Source: Pseudomonadota bacterium
GTDB taxonomy: Bacteria; Myxococcota; JACRCW01; JAFGSX01
DNA length: 64,000 nt
Direction: 5' to 3'
Assembly (NCBI GenBank): GCA_043821645.1
Contig: JBDRCO010000111.1
Location: 81,445 to 145,444, forward strand
Below, in pieces: positions 17,527 to 27,491 of the stretch (its first letter is position 1; each line of letters opens with the position of its first letter). The notes under the pieces were generated by a model. That model did not search any database and had not been told where the DNA came from. It saw only the letters and a program-made list of their open reading frames with translations. Position numbers and translations under genes: made by a program.

Positions 17527-18793
17527 GCCTTTTTCGGGTGCCGTGGTGATCGCGCTGGCCGCCATGGCCTGCAGCGGCCCGCCCTGTCGTGGTCACAATG
17601 ACTGCGAGCAGGGCTCGTACTGCGACGTGGCCAGAGGCGCGCTCGAGGGTGCCTGCGCGCGCGACTGTGATGCCCTGTGGTCCTGTCCCGAGGGAACCTT
17701 CTGCACCAACCGCGGACAGTGCCAGCTGGAAAGCCGGGCTCCTGAGCTGATCGTCGAGGAACCCGCGGGTGCCATCGAAGGTGAACCCGGGCAGACCTTT
17801 CTGGTGCGTGGCCGCGTTCGCTTCCTGGGCGCCGAGGCCACGCTGCGCATCGAGCGCGAGGACCACGCCGGCTGCGACGCATTCCGGCCCTACTTGCTCC
17901 GCTTGCCGGGGGATCGCAGCAAGGTGATCGAGTTCCCCTTCGAGATCCCGGCGATCGCCCTGCCCGACGGCGGGGGCCTTCTTCGCGTGGAGGCTACGGT
18001 GGGTGACCGCCACGCCGTGGTCGAGCGCAGCCTGAACTCTGGCCTGCTGTGCCCGGACTGCCCGCGGCTGGAGATCCTGCAGCCGGTGTCTGCCCAGCTC
18101 GAGGCGCGTTCGCTCTTTACCTGGGCCGCCGGGAGGGTGGACCGTGTGGAGCCCTCGGCCGCGACCTGGCATGTCCGCACCGACGATGGCCAGAGTCTGA
18201 CCTTGCCCTTTGCCCAGGTTGGCGCCGAGCTCCTGTTGCCCCTGTTCCTGGGGCACAACACCGTCGCTCTGGAGGCGAGCAACGCGGCTGGAACCCGTCG
18301 TTGCGAGCGCTGGGTCGACACCACCGCTCCGGCCACGGACAGACTTCAGGTGGTGCTGGGCTGGGACAGTCCCGAGGTGGATCTGGATCTGCACCTCATC
18401 CCGCCTGGGGGGCGCTACGGTCCGGAGGACTGCTCGGCCGCGGTGTCCCAGAGCACTCGTTTTGCGGGTTGCCAGGTGGGTGCCGATGCGCGAGCTCATG
18501 GCCCCGAGTGGGCCCTGGTGCCTTCCAGCGGACCCTCGGGAACCTACGGCATCCTGGTGGTGGGTTTCGGTGGCGCTGGCGCGGCAGCCAGCGGTGCCTA
18601 CGTCCGGGTGCTGTCCCACGGCACCCTGATTGCTGCGCTCGGCCCGCGCGACCTGAGTCCGGCGCGGGGAGAGATCTGGGTCGTCGGGACCGCGGCGGTC
18701 GGGGTGCACGGCGCGGCCGCGGCGTTCACGCCCGTCGACGAGATCCTTGGCTACGCGCCCAGCCATGCCCCCGAGGACTGGCCACCCTACTGA
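17510..18793 (+). CDS. Cys-rich lipoprotein with Ig-like domains and a YfaP/DUF2135-like domain
   Basis: Lipobox AMA-C. N-terminal Cys knots. LQVVLGWDSPEVDLDLHLIPP...GPE...GTYGILV. Overlaps the upstream stop codon. Confidence 0.7.
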   Translation: MWSPARPFSGAVVIALAAMACSGPPCRGHNDCEQGSYCDVARGALEGACARDCDALWSCPEGTFCTNRGQCQLESRAPELIVEEPAGAIEGEPGQTFLVRGRVRFLGAEATLRIEREDHAGCDAFRPYLLRLPGDRSKVIEFPFEIPAIALPDGGGLLRVEATVGDRHAVVERSLNSGLLCPDCPRLEILQPVSAQLEARSLFTWAAGRVDRVEPSAATWHVRTDDGQSLTLPFAQVGAELLLPLFLGHNTVALEASNAAGTRRCERWVDTTAPATDRLQVVLGWDSPEVDLDLHLIPPGGRYGPEDCSAAVSQSTRFAGCQVGADARAHGPEWALVPSSGPSGTYGILVVGFGGAGAAASGAYVRVLSHGTLIAALGPRDLSPARGEIWVVGTAAVGVHGAAAAFTPVDEILGYAPSHAPEDWPPY

Positions 18794-18829
18794 CCCCTCG
18801 CAGCTTCGTGTGTCGGTATCCTCAACGCA

Positions 18830-19444
18830 TCAGGGTCGGCGAACCCCTCGCTGAAACTCGGCGAACAGAGCGTGGGGTGGTGGCCTCGTCGTGCCCTGGT
18901 AGACCGTGCGCTCGACGCTCGCCGTGTCGAGATGGGAGGCAAAGGCCTCGCGCAGTTCTGTCGGAGACAGGCGGTAGGGGCCCGTCGTGCCGGGTTGTTT
19001 TTCGCTGAAGCACTTGAGCAGAAGCACCCCTGCAGGTGCCAGGATGCGCGCCATGGTGTCGACGTAGTGGGATCGGCGACCCGGCGGCAGCACGTGAAAG
19101 CAGCCGCGATCCACCACCAGGTCAAAGGGCCCGGTGAGCTGACTGTGCAGGATATCGTCGACGACACCGTGCAGCGTCAACCCCTGCTCGGACGCCAGCC
19201 TCTCCGTGTGCAGGACCGCGGCCCCAGAGATGTCGCTGGCGGTGACCTCGAAGCCGTGGCGCACGAGGTGCAGGCTCTGGGTGCCCGGGCCACAACCCAG
19301 ATCGAGGGCATGGCCCGAGGCGAGCGCGCGCCGCCCCAGCGCGGCTTCGACGTCGGGATCCAGCGCCTCGTAGTACCAGGGAAGCTGCTGCACCTTGCCG
19401 TCGGCGTACAGCGCGTCCCAGCCATCCTGCGCTCTGTCGTGCAC
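18830..19444 (-). CDS. Class I SAM-dependent methyltransferase (TPMT/TehB-like)
   Basis: ALDLGCGPG, VTASDIS and FDLVVDRGCFH motifs. Confidence 0.9.
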   Translation of the reverse strand: MHDRAQDGWDALYADGKVQQLPWYYEALDPDVEAALGRRALASGHALDLGCGPGTQSLHLVRHGFEVTASDISGAAVLHTERLASEQGLTLHGVVDDILHSQLTGPFDLVVDRGCFHVLPPGRRSHYVDTMARILAPAGVLLLKCFSEKQPGTTGPYRLSPTELREAFASHLDTASVERTVYQGTTRPPPHALFAEFQRGVRRP

Positions 19445-19473
19445 CTGTCAGCTCCAACGCAGTTCGGGAGGCA

Positions 19474-22400
19474 TCATATCGCCCTGCGCCGTCGCCAGGC
19501 CACGAGGAGCAGCACACCCATCCACGCGGTCGACGGGGTGCCTCCCCGGCACACGCACCCCCCTCCACCGACCACCAGGTCATCCCGCCCATTGTCCGCC
19601 CTGGTCACGGCGTCGTTCCGGCCGGCGTCCGCCTGCACCACGCCGCTGTCGATGCCACTGTCGACGCTACCGTCCGGCAGGGTGGCAGCATCGATCGCTG
19701 TGGTGTCCGTGCCTGTGCTGTCCAGTCCGGCGAGGTCAGACAGCTCGACGTCAGTACCCACCACGTCCAGGAAGCCCGCGTCCAGCCCAGCGCTGTCCTG
19801 GGGATTCGCGTCGGACGCGGTCAAGGTGTCGCCGGCCGCGGCATCCTGTAGCGGCAGGGCATCCGCCGCCGTGGTGTCCCCGGTCAGCGCGTCCTGAGCT
19901 GATGCGTCGGCAAGACCGCCGCCATCCTGGAGCGCGCCTGTGTCGCCGGTCGCGGCATCCACAGGAAGCGCCCCGTCCGCCACCGCCGAGTCGCCAGGCG
20001 GTACGTCCGAGGTGGTCGCGTCCATGCTGGACCCGATGTCAGCGCCGGACGCCGCGTCGCTGGAGCCTCCGGTATCGGTCGCAGTGGCATCGTTCGCAAC
20101 GCCGGCATCGTCGAACATCGGATCGCAGGGGTCGCCCAGACCATCCGCATCGCCGTCGCGCTGGTCGATGTTCAGATCGTCCGGGCAATTGTCGATGCTG
20201 TCCGGGACCGTGTCGCCGTCCCGATCTGGTCGGCACACGAGCTGCTGCCCCGGGTTGCCCAGGGGCGGGCAGTTGTCCGCGCTGTCCACGACGCCATCCT
20301 CGTCATCGTCGTCATCGCAGGCGTCCCCCTCCGCGTCGCTGTCGTGGTTGGCCTGACCGTGGTTCGCCACACCGGGGCAGTTGTCCCGCTCGTCCGCCAC
20401 ACCGTCTCCGTCAGCGTCGGCGTCGCACGCATCCCCGATGCCGTCGCCGTCCAGGTCGCCCTGCGCCGGATCCGCGATGCCCGGGCAGAGGTCTGCGCCG
20501 TCGTCGAACCCGTCGCCGTCGCTGTCGACGTCGAGGTCACAGGCGTCGCCCACACCATCGTTGTCGCCGTCGGCCTGCAAGGGATCCGCGACCCGGGGGC
20601 ACAGGTCAAGAAGATCGTTCACGCCGTCGCCGTCGCGATCTGGATCACACACGTCCCCCACGCCATTTCCGTCCTGGTCCCCTTGCTCGGCGTTGGGGGA
20701 CCCGGGACAGTTGTCGTCCAGGTCCACCACGCCGTCGTTATCGTCGTCCAGGTCGCAGACATCTCCGGCGCGATCGGCATCGCCGTTCTCCTGCCCGGGG
20801 TTGGGGATGAGCCAGCAATTATCCAGGCGGTTGACGATGCCGTCCGCGTCCTCATCCAGGTCGCCTTCGTCGGCCACGAAGATGACGGTGGAGACATCGG
20901 CAAAGGGCACGCCATCGACGTCGTAGGACAAGGTCGCTGTCCCTGGAGCGCTGCCGGAGGTGAGAGACGCGGTGTAGCGACCGTCACCCAGGTCAAGAAC
21001 GGAGCCCAGGGCTCCTGCGGTGCTGTGCAGCGTGACGGTGGCGCCGGCCACGCCGTTGCCCGAGGCGTCGCGCAGGGTCACGGTGACCGTGGTCTGGCTG
21101 ATCCCATCCGCCAGCAGGCGGCTGTCGGCTACCACGATGTCCGAGTTGTCGTCGAGGGCTTCCCCACTGACCAGGGTCACCTCGGCCGTGGCTGGGAATG
21201 GCTGCGCGTCCACCGAGAAGCTCAGGGTGGCCGTGCCGGGGGTGGTTCCCGCTGTCAAGGTGGCCTCGTACACGCCAGGGCTGGTCTCCACGGTGCTGCT
21301 CGCGCTGCCCAAGCTGGTGGCGATGCGCACCGCACGCCCTGGCACAGGGTTGCCATTGGCGTCCTGGGTACGCACGGTCACCGTGGACTCTTCCAGCCCG
21401 TCGGCGACCAGCACACTGGGCGTCGCGGCGATGGTCGTGGTCGAGGGATCCACTGCACCGGCAACGAAGGCCACCGTGGCCGTGGCGTCGGCCGTGAGGC
21501 CGTCGATGGTGAAGGACAGCAGGGCCGTGGAAACGGTGTCCGGGGCGCGCAGGGTCTGGGTGTAGCTGCCATTACCCACGTCCACCACGGCCCCTTCCAG
21601 CGAGCCGGTGGTGGTGGCGATGACAACAGCGTGTCCTGCCAAAGCGTGATTGAAGTCGTCGCGAACCACCACGGTGACGAGGGTAGACTGACCGGAGTCC
21701 GCCACCAGGCTGGGGTCCGCCACTGCGATGGTGGAGGCGGCAGCCGAGCTCGGTCCGGGCAGCAGAACGATGGTGGTCTGCACGAAGCTCGACAGACCGT
21801 TCACGCTGACGTCGAGCGTGGCCCCACCAAGCACGATGCCCGCGGTGTAGGTAGCCGTGTAGGTCCCATTGCCGAGGTCGGCGACCGCGGCGACCGAGCC
21901 TTCGCTGGTGGTGACGACCGCTGTGGCCCCGGCCACCGGATTGTCGTTCGCATCCCGGAGCGTCACGGTGACGGTGGAGGTGGAACTGCCGTCCGCGGTC
22001 AGCGTGGCAGGAAGCACCGTCGCGACCGAGTGCCCCGAATCAGGAGGTCCCGCAAGGAGCACGATGCTGGCGCCATCGCTCAGGGCGGTCCCGTCAGCGA
22101 CACACTGGACCACGATGGGAGTGGCCAGGGTATCGACCTGCAGGTCTTGTTCGTAGTGCCCCGGCGTGACCTCGACCATGGTCGCTTGCCAGGTCCCCCG
22201 GCCAGCGCTGCTGCAGCTCACGCTGGCGCTGGTCACGGGATGTCCGTAACCATCGCCGAGGGTCACCGCGATCGTCGTCAGGCTCGCACCATCGGCGACC
22301 AGGCTCGCCGGGCTGGCCTCGACCAGGGAGGCCGCGTCCGCGACCGGACCCGCGACAAAGGCGACCGTGGCGGTGCTGGTGAAGGTGACGCTGGAGGACA

Positions 22401-25400
22401 CCACCGAGAAGCCCAGCACGGCGCTGACCAGGCTTGTCGACGAGGTCAGGGTGATGCTGTAGCTGCCGTCGCTGTTGTCCGTGGCGACGCCACCTGGATT
22501 GCCCAGGGTGCCCTGGGAGCTGGTGACCACCACCGTGTGTCCGGGGGCGGGATTCCCCTGCGTGTCCACCAGGAACACCGTGACTGCAGAGACCTCACTG
22601 CCCGAGGCGATCAGCGTCGCGGGTGCCGCGCTGATGGTGGATCCCGCATCCACCGGTGCACCTGCCACGAAGCTCACTGCGGCCTGGTCCGAATACGCTG
22701 CCCCGTCGACCGTGAAGCTCAGCTGAGCCAGGGCCACGCTGGTCGAGGACTGAAGCAGCAGGGTGTAGACGCCATTGCCGAGGTCACTGGCTGCGCCGTT
22801 CGCAGGAACCAGGGTCCCGGCGTTCGTGGATACCACCACCGCGTGGCCTGGTTGTCGCGTGCCGTACTGGTCCTCGAGAATCACGGTCACCATCGACGTC
22901 GAAGCTCCATCTGCGACCAGGATGACCGGCGACGCAGCTATTGTGGAATAAGCATCCAGCGGTCCCGAGCTGACAACCTGGACATCGACGGAGTCCGCGG
23001 CTGCTGGACCGTTGATCGAGAAGCCGACGCGACAGCTCTCGACCGTGTTGCCGGCGTTGAGGGCGCGCGTGTAGCGGCCGTCGCCGAGGTCCTGAACGCC
23101 GGAGGCGGCAAAGGCGCAGCTCCCGGCCAGGAGGGTCATCGCCACGGTCTGGCCCGGTATGGGATTGTCATGGGCATCGACCACGCGCACCGTGATCAGT
23201 GCGCTCCCGGTGCCGATGAAGATCACCGATGGCGCGGCGGCGATGGTCGAACGAGCGAGATCCACAGTGCCTGGCACGAAGCGCACCACCGTCGTGGGGT
23301 AGCCTGTTCCGCCGTCGACCGTGAACGACACTGTGGCGTCCTGGCTCAGGATCACGCTGCTAAGCACGACCTGGTAGCGACCATCTCCAAGGTCGCTGAC
23401 GGTGCCCAGGTTGCCGGCGCTGGTCGAGAACACGACGGTCCGGCCGGGTACGCCATTGTCGTAGCTGTCGCGCACCGTGGCCGTGAGCACACTGGTGCTG
23501 GCTCCGTCCGCGGTGATGGTCGAGGGCAGGGCGGCGATGCTGGAGCGCGAGCTGTCCGGTGCGGCTGGCGCGAACACCACGCTGGCCAGGTCGCTGAAAT
23601 CCACACCGTTGACCCTGAAACTCAGGCTCGCGGTGCCGGCGCTCTGGGAGGCGACGAGGATCTGCGTGTAATCCCCGGTGCCCAGGTCCTGCACGCTGCC
23701 AATGAGGACACCCAGGCTGCTGAGGATCTCCACCGCCTGGCCCGGCACCGGATTGCCCAGGCCGTCGACCAGCCGCACGCGAAGCAAGGACTGGCCTGTC
23801 CCCACGACGATGGTTGTGGGGCTGGCTGTCAGGCTGCTGGCCGCGTCGTCTGCGGGCCCGGCCACGAAGTCCACGCTGGCGCTCGGTCCGGCAAGTGCGT
23901 GCCCGTTGACCACCGTCGTGACCAGGGCGTTGCCCGTGGTCGTGGTGCTCTGCAGGTCCTGCGTGTACACGCCGTTGCCTTGCTCGACCACCGAACCCAG
24001 CAAGGTTCCCGCAGTCGTCTGCAGCACGACGGATTGCCCGGCCACGCGGTTGCCAAAGCCGTCCTCGAGGATCACGGTCAGGGTGCTGGTGGTGCTGCCG
24101 TTGGCGACCACACTCGAGGGGACGGCGGAGATCTGGCTGGCCGCCGGGGACACGCTGGTCACTCGCAACACCGTGGGATCGTCGTCGGCGAGAGTTGCGG
24201 GATCGTCCGACAGCTCGATGCCGTCCAGGGAGCCGTCGCCGTCGCTGTCGTACTGCAAGGTGGCCTGGTTGCCGACGAGGCTGGCGTTGGGGATGGCCGT
24301 GGCCAGCTGGACCCTGAAGCGCAGAGTCACGCCGGTGCTGGTGGTCAGGTCACCATTCCACTCGATGCGATGGAGGCTGCTGTTGAAGCCGATGGCTCCG
24401 GCCGAGGCACTGGCGGAACCGGCGACGTAGCTGGTGTAGGTCGGGATGGCGTCGACCAGCTCGGGAAAGCCAGCGCGATCGAGGATGTCACGGGTGCCCC
24501 CGTTGCTCAGGATCAGCTCGTACTGCAGCGTGTCACCGGGCTCCAGCAGGCCCGGGCTCTGGTCCTGGGCGGTCTTGGTCACCTCGGGCAGCGCGATGTC
24601 GCGGGGAATCGTGATCTCGGCACCCGGCTCGATCGCGAACCAGGACGCGAATTCCTGCAGGCCCGTGCGCTCCGCGTCGCCGACCTGGTCCTCGTCCAGG
24701 TGCACCCACACCTGATCCTGCGTCAGATCCGAACCCGCGGTGGCGTTCGGGAAGCAGCGGCGGATCCATGCTCCGTTGGTGCCCTGCATCGAGTTGTGCG
24801 ACACCGCGGCGTGCGGGGTTCCCCCGAAACCGAACACCACGGGAGCCACCGGCAGGGCAAAGCAGCCGTCCTGGTGGCGGTCGACGTAGAAGTTGGCGCT
24901 GCGCCCTGCATCGAGCGCCCGGTTGTTGCCGAGGCTATCGACCAGAACCGCCGTGCCGCGGTCGATGGCGATCCAGCCTATAGTCTCGGCGACGCTGGCG
25001 CCTGGGCTCGGGTGCTGGGCCACGACCTCGGCTCCCTCGAGGGCCAGGCGGAAGCTGGTGGTGGTCGGCGGCTGGGCGGTGGTGGAGCCATAGGCCGTGG
25101 TCGCGATCCACTGCGGGTGGTTCTGGGTCTGAAGTCCATGCAGCAGGGCGGGCTCGGCAGCGAAGGCCTGGCTGAAGAAGATGAAATCTCCTGCGGAGCC
25201 GGACCCCCCGGCAACGTTGGAACGGACAGTGGTCGTGGAGTGCCGTCCCACCTCTGCAGCGAGTCCGCCCAGGATGTAGCGTCCGGGTTCGATGGCGAGC
25301 CAGGTCGCTGTCAAGGCCGGGGTGAGCGCGGACACCAGGCCTTCGGGCCTCAGCACACCGATCTCGAAACCTGTGGTGGTGATGTTGCGAAGTCGCACCG

Positions 25401-25674
25401 ACACCGAGAACTCGCCGGCCTGGCTGGCGAAGCTGCCGTGGCTGACCGGTCCTGGAATGACGACGGGGAGGTTGCCGTAGGCTGATGCAAAACTCACGGC
25501 CACCCAGCCCGTGGAATCGAGGACATCCGTGCCGCTCACCGTGCTGGTAAAACTCGCCGCGCCGGACTCGAGATGGCTGTCGACACCAGACTGGGCCCTC
25601 GCCCCCGGGGTCAGTGCGGCCAGCGAGAACAGGATGGGATAGATGGTCGACAAGGGGCGCAGAGAATTAGGCAT
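19474..25674 (-). CDS. 2066-aa surface adhesin: lectin-like N-terminus, DUF11-like domain, 11 invasin (Big_1) Ig repeats, 7 thrombospondin type-3 repeats, acidic stalk, MYXO-CTERM-like anchor
   Basis: S.I.A.P..L.ADG...S.VTV.L.D..GN repeats. DNCP...N..Q.D.D.DG.GD.CD repeats. C-terminus GGGGCVC...W.GVLLLVAWRRRR. Confidence 0.88.
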   Translation of the reverse strand: MPNSLRPLSTIYPILFSLAALTPGARAQSGVDSHLESGAASFTSTVSGTDVLDSTGWVAVSFASAYGNLPVVIPGPVSHGSFASQAGEFSVSVRLRNITTTGFEIGVLRPEGLVSALTPALTATWLAIEPGRYILGGLAAEVGRHSTTTVRSNVAGGSGSAGDFIFFSQAFAAEPALLHGLQTQNHPQWIATTAYGSTTAQPPTTTSFRLALEGAEVVAQHPSPGASVAETIGWIAIDRGTAVLVDSLGNNRALDAGRSANFYVDRHQDGCFALPVAPVVFGFGGTPHAAVSHNSMQGTNGAWIRRCFPNATAGSDLTQDQVWVHLDEDQVGDAERTGLQEFASWFAIEPGAEITIPRDIALPEVTKTAQDQSPGLLEPGDTLQYELILSNGGTRDILDRAGFPELVDAIPTYTSYVAGSASASAGAIGFNSSLHRIEWNGDLTTSTGVTLRFRVQLATAIPNASLVGNQATLQYDSDGDGSLDGIELSDDPATLADDDPTVLRVTSVSPAASQISAVPSSVVANGSTTSTLTVILEDGFGNRVAGQSVVLQTTAGTLLGSVVEQGNGVYTQDLQSTTTTGNALVTTVVNGHALAGPSASVDFVAGPADDAASSLTASPTTIVVGTGQSLLRVRLVDGLGNPVPGQAVEILSSLGVLIGSVQDLGTGDYTQILVASQSAGTASLSFRVNGVDFSDLASVVFAPAAPDSSRSSIAALPSTITADGASTSVLTATVRDSYDNGVPGRTVVFSTSAGNLGTVSDLGDGRYQVVLSSVILSQDATVSFTVDGGTGYPTTVVRFVPGTVDLARSTIAAAPSVIFIGTGSALITVRVVDAHDNPIPGQTVAMTLLAGSCAFAASGVQDLGDGRYTRALNAGNTVESCRVGFSINGPAAADSVDVQVVSSGPLDAYSTIAASPVILVADGASTSMVTVILEDQYGTRQPGHAVVVSTNAGTLVPANGAASDLGNGVYTLLLQSSTSVALAQLSFTVDGAAYSDQAAVSFVAGAPVDAGSTISAAPATLIASGSEVSAVTVFLVDTQGNPAPGHTVVVTSSQGTLGNPGGVATDNSDGSYSITLTSSTSLVSAVLGFSVVSSSVTFTSTATVAFVAGPVADAASLVEASPASLVADGASLTTIAVTLGDGYGHPVTSASVSCSSAGRGTWQATMVEVTPGHYEQDLQVDTLATPIVVQCVADGTALSDGASIVLLAGPPDSGHSVATVLPATLTADGSSTSTVTVTLRDANDNPVAGATAVVTTSEGSVAAVADLGNGTYTATYTAGIVLGGATLDVSVNGLSSFVQTTIVLLPGPSSAAASTIAVADPSLVADSGQSTLVTVVVRDDFNHALAGHAVVIATTTGSLEGAVVDVGNGSYTQTLRAPDTVSTALLSFTIDGLTADATATVAFVAGAVDPSTTTIAATPSVLVADGLEESTVTVRTQDANGNPVPGRAVRIATSLGSASSTVETSPGVYEATLTAGTTPGTATLSFSVDAQPFPATAEVTLVSGEALDDNSDIVVADSRLLADGISQTTVTVTLRDASGNGVAGATVTLHSTAGALGSVLDLGDGRYTASLTSGSAPGTATLSYDVDGVPFADVSTVIFVADEGDLDEDADGIVNRLDNCWLIPNPGQENGDADRAGDVCDLDDDNDGVVDLDDNCPGSPNAEQGDQDGNGVGDVCDPDRDGDGVNDLLDLCPRVADPLQADGDNDGVGDACDLDVDSDGDGFDDGADLCPGIADPAQGDLDGDGIGDACDADADGDGVADERDNCPGVANHGQANHDSDAEGDACDDDDDEDGVVDSADNCPPLGNPGQQLVCRPDRDGDTVPDSIDNCPDDLNIDQRDGDADGLGDPCDPMFDDAGVANDATATDTGGSSDAASGADIGSSMDATTSDVPPGDSAVADGALPVDAATGDTGALQDGGGLADASAQDALTGDTTAADALPLQDAAAGDTLTASDANPQDSAGLDAGFLDVVGTDVELSDLAGLDSTGTDTTAIDAATLPDGSVDSGIDSGVVQADAGRNDAVTRADNGRDDLVVGGGGCVCRGGTPSTAWMGVLLLVAWRRRRAI

Positions 25675-25800
25675 GAGCGAGCCTCCGCATGCAGATACCG
25701 AATATCAAGTGCTTCGGTGCGATGTACCGATGGCGCCGAGTATACGCAGCCCTCGCCGCGCATCAAGCAGCGGTGGTCTCGCGATGGGTGGAAGGCGGGA

Positions 25801-26100
25801 TCAGCTCGCGCCGAGCAGCAGGGTCGTTGCCGTGGCCACATCCACACCCGTGACATTCACCAGCTTGCGGCGACCGCTCGAGCCGGCGCTCACCCGGACA
25901 TGTCGTCGCGGCACCTCAAGCAGCGCAGCGATGAGAGCGATCACCGCTTCGTTGGCCTGATTGTCGACGGGGGGTGCTGCGATCTGGACCTTGATGGCCT
26001 CACCATGCATCCCGACCACGCGGCTGCGCGAGGCCCGGGGCTGCACGTGAAGCTGCAGACAGACACCATCCTGGGTTGCGCTGATGGGGTGGCCAGGCAT
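25801..26100 (-). CDS. yggU: DUF167/YggU family protein
   Basis: LHVQPRASR, APPVDNQAN and G.SGRRK motifs. Lies next to divIVA. Confidence 0.88.
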   Translation of the reverse strand: MPGHPISATQDGVCLQLHVQPRASRSRVVGMHGEAIKVQIAAPPVDNQANEAVIALIAALLEVPRRHVRVSAGSSGRRKLVNVTGVDVATATTLLLGAS

Positions 26101-26663
26101 CAGGACGAGTGGGCGGTTCGCTCCAGTTCCTCGTCGTCATCGGCAGGGCGAACGGGGTGGGGCTCCGGGCGTCGCAACACGCTCAGGTTCTCTTCGATGC
26201 GGCGCACCTCGGTCGGGTCCTCGTGCTCCATCTCCAGCAACTTGCGATGGGTCTCGAGCAAACCCTTGAGCCGCTCGCGGAACATGGTGCGCTGGCGCTT
26301 GACCTCGGCGATGTCCTCGAGCAGGTCGGTCAGCCGGGTCTGGGCCGCCGACACGACGCGCTCGGCCTCCATCTCGGCACGGGCGATCACCACGTCGGCT
26401 TCCTTCTGGGCGCTGGCCTTGATGTCCTCGGTGATCTTCTGCGCCGTGATCATCGTCTCCTTCAGCGCCTGTTCGCGATCGCGGAAGTCATCGATGAGGT
26501 TGCGCTGCCGCCGGCTATCCTCCTCGAGGTCGTGAATGCGGCGGTTGAGGTTCTCGACCTCCGAGGCGACCAGGTTGAGGAAGGCGTCCACTTCCCCCCG
26601 GTCGAGGCCGCGCCACACGGTGCGAAAGCGCTGCTGCTGGATGTCCAGTGGCGTGATTTTCAT
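26100..26663 (-). CDS. divIVA: DivIVA domain-containing protein
   Basis: MKITPLDIQQQRF....RGLD..EVDAFL followed by a coiled coil. GGGAGAG RBS. Confidence 0.9.
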   Translation of the reverse strand: MKITPLDIQQQRFRTVWRGLDRGEVDAFLNLVASEVENLNRRIHDLEEDSRRQRNLIDDFRDREQALKETMITAQKITEDIKASAQKEADVVIARAEMEAERVVSAAQTRLTDLLEDIAEVKRQRTMFRERLKGLLETHRKLLEMEHEDPTEVRRIEENLSVLRRPEPHPVRPADDDEELERTAHSS

Positions 26664-26807
26664 GGTGTTCTCCCTCTCGCGGCGGGGCCCGCTGGCTCCG
26701 ATGGTACCAGAGGCTCCCACCCCATCGCCAATTTCCGACCGCCAGCGCCGACCACCCACACAAACGCGGAGCGTGAACGAGCTGTCAAGCGCTGGCCTGA
26801 GCGGGCT

Positions 26808-27491
26808 TCAGCCCCGGGTGCCGAAGATGGCCGTGCCCACGCGCACCATGGTCGCACCCTCGAGGATGGCCTGCTCGAAGTCCTCGCTCATGCCCATCGA
26901 AAGCTCGTGGCTGCTGTCGAGCGCACCCTCACCGGCAAGGCTTTGGCCAAGCTCGCGCAGCGCCGCGAAGTAGGCTGTGGTCTTCGACAGGGGGAGATCG
27001 AAGGGAGGCATGCACATCAGCCCGCGGGGCGGGAGCCCGAGCGTCCGCAGCGCGTGCACGAGTTCTGCCGCAGCCTCCGGATCGACACCTGACTTCTGGG
27101 GCTCGCGGGCGATGTTGACCTCGACGAGGACGCGCGGTGTGCGGTCCGCACGGTCGCACCTGTCCTTGAGTTCGCGGGCGATGCTCAGGCGGTCGATGGT
27201 GTGCACCCAGTCCGCATGAGCGGCCACATAGCGTACCTTGTTGGACTGGATGGGACCGATGAAGTGCCACTCGGGGGGCCGCTCCACCAGCGCCGCGGCC
27301 TTGTCGCGCAGTTCCTGGCCGTAATTCTCGCCGATGTCACGCTGGCCGGCCTTCAGCACCTCGCGCACCTTGTCGATGGACTGCTTCTTGGCCACCGCGA
27401 CCAGGCGCACGGCGTCCACGGGCCGGCCAGCCCGTTCGCAGGCCGAGGCGATCCGCTCGCGGATAGCGGCCAGGTTCTCGGCCACGCTCAT
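26808..27491 (-). CDS. yggS: YggS/PLP homeostasis protein
   Basis: LVAVAK, GENYGQE, WHFIGPIQSNKV, LSMGMSEDF and VRVGTAIFG motifs. Confidence 0.95.
   Translation of the reverse strand: MSVAENLAAIRERIASACERAGRPVDAVRLVAVAKKQSIDKVREVLKAGQRDIGENYGQELRDKAAALVERPPEWHFIGPIQSNKVRYVAAHADWVHTIDRLSIARELKDRCDRADRTPRVLVEVNIAREPQKSGVDPEAAAELVHALRTLGLPPRGLMCMPPFDLPLSKTTAYFAALRELGQSLAGEGALDSSHELSMGMSEDFEQAILEGATMVRVGTAIFGTRG

Noticed and set aside
20344..25485. Very long antisense ORFs (1713 aa here; also 14683-17565, 48470-52534, 59169-61742, 329-2020)
   Set aside because: Shadow frames of high-GC3 genes on the opposite strand, with no recognisable motifs.
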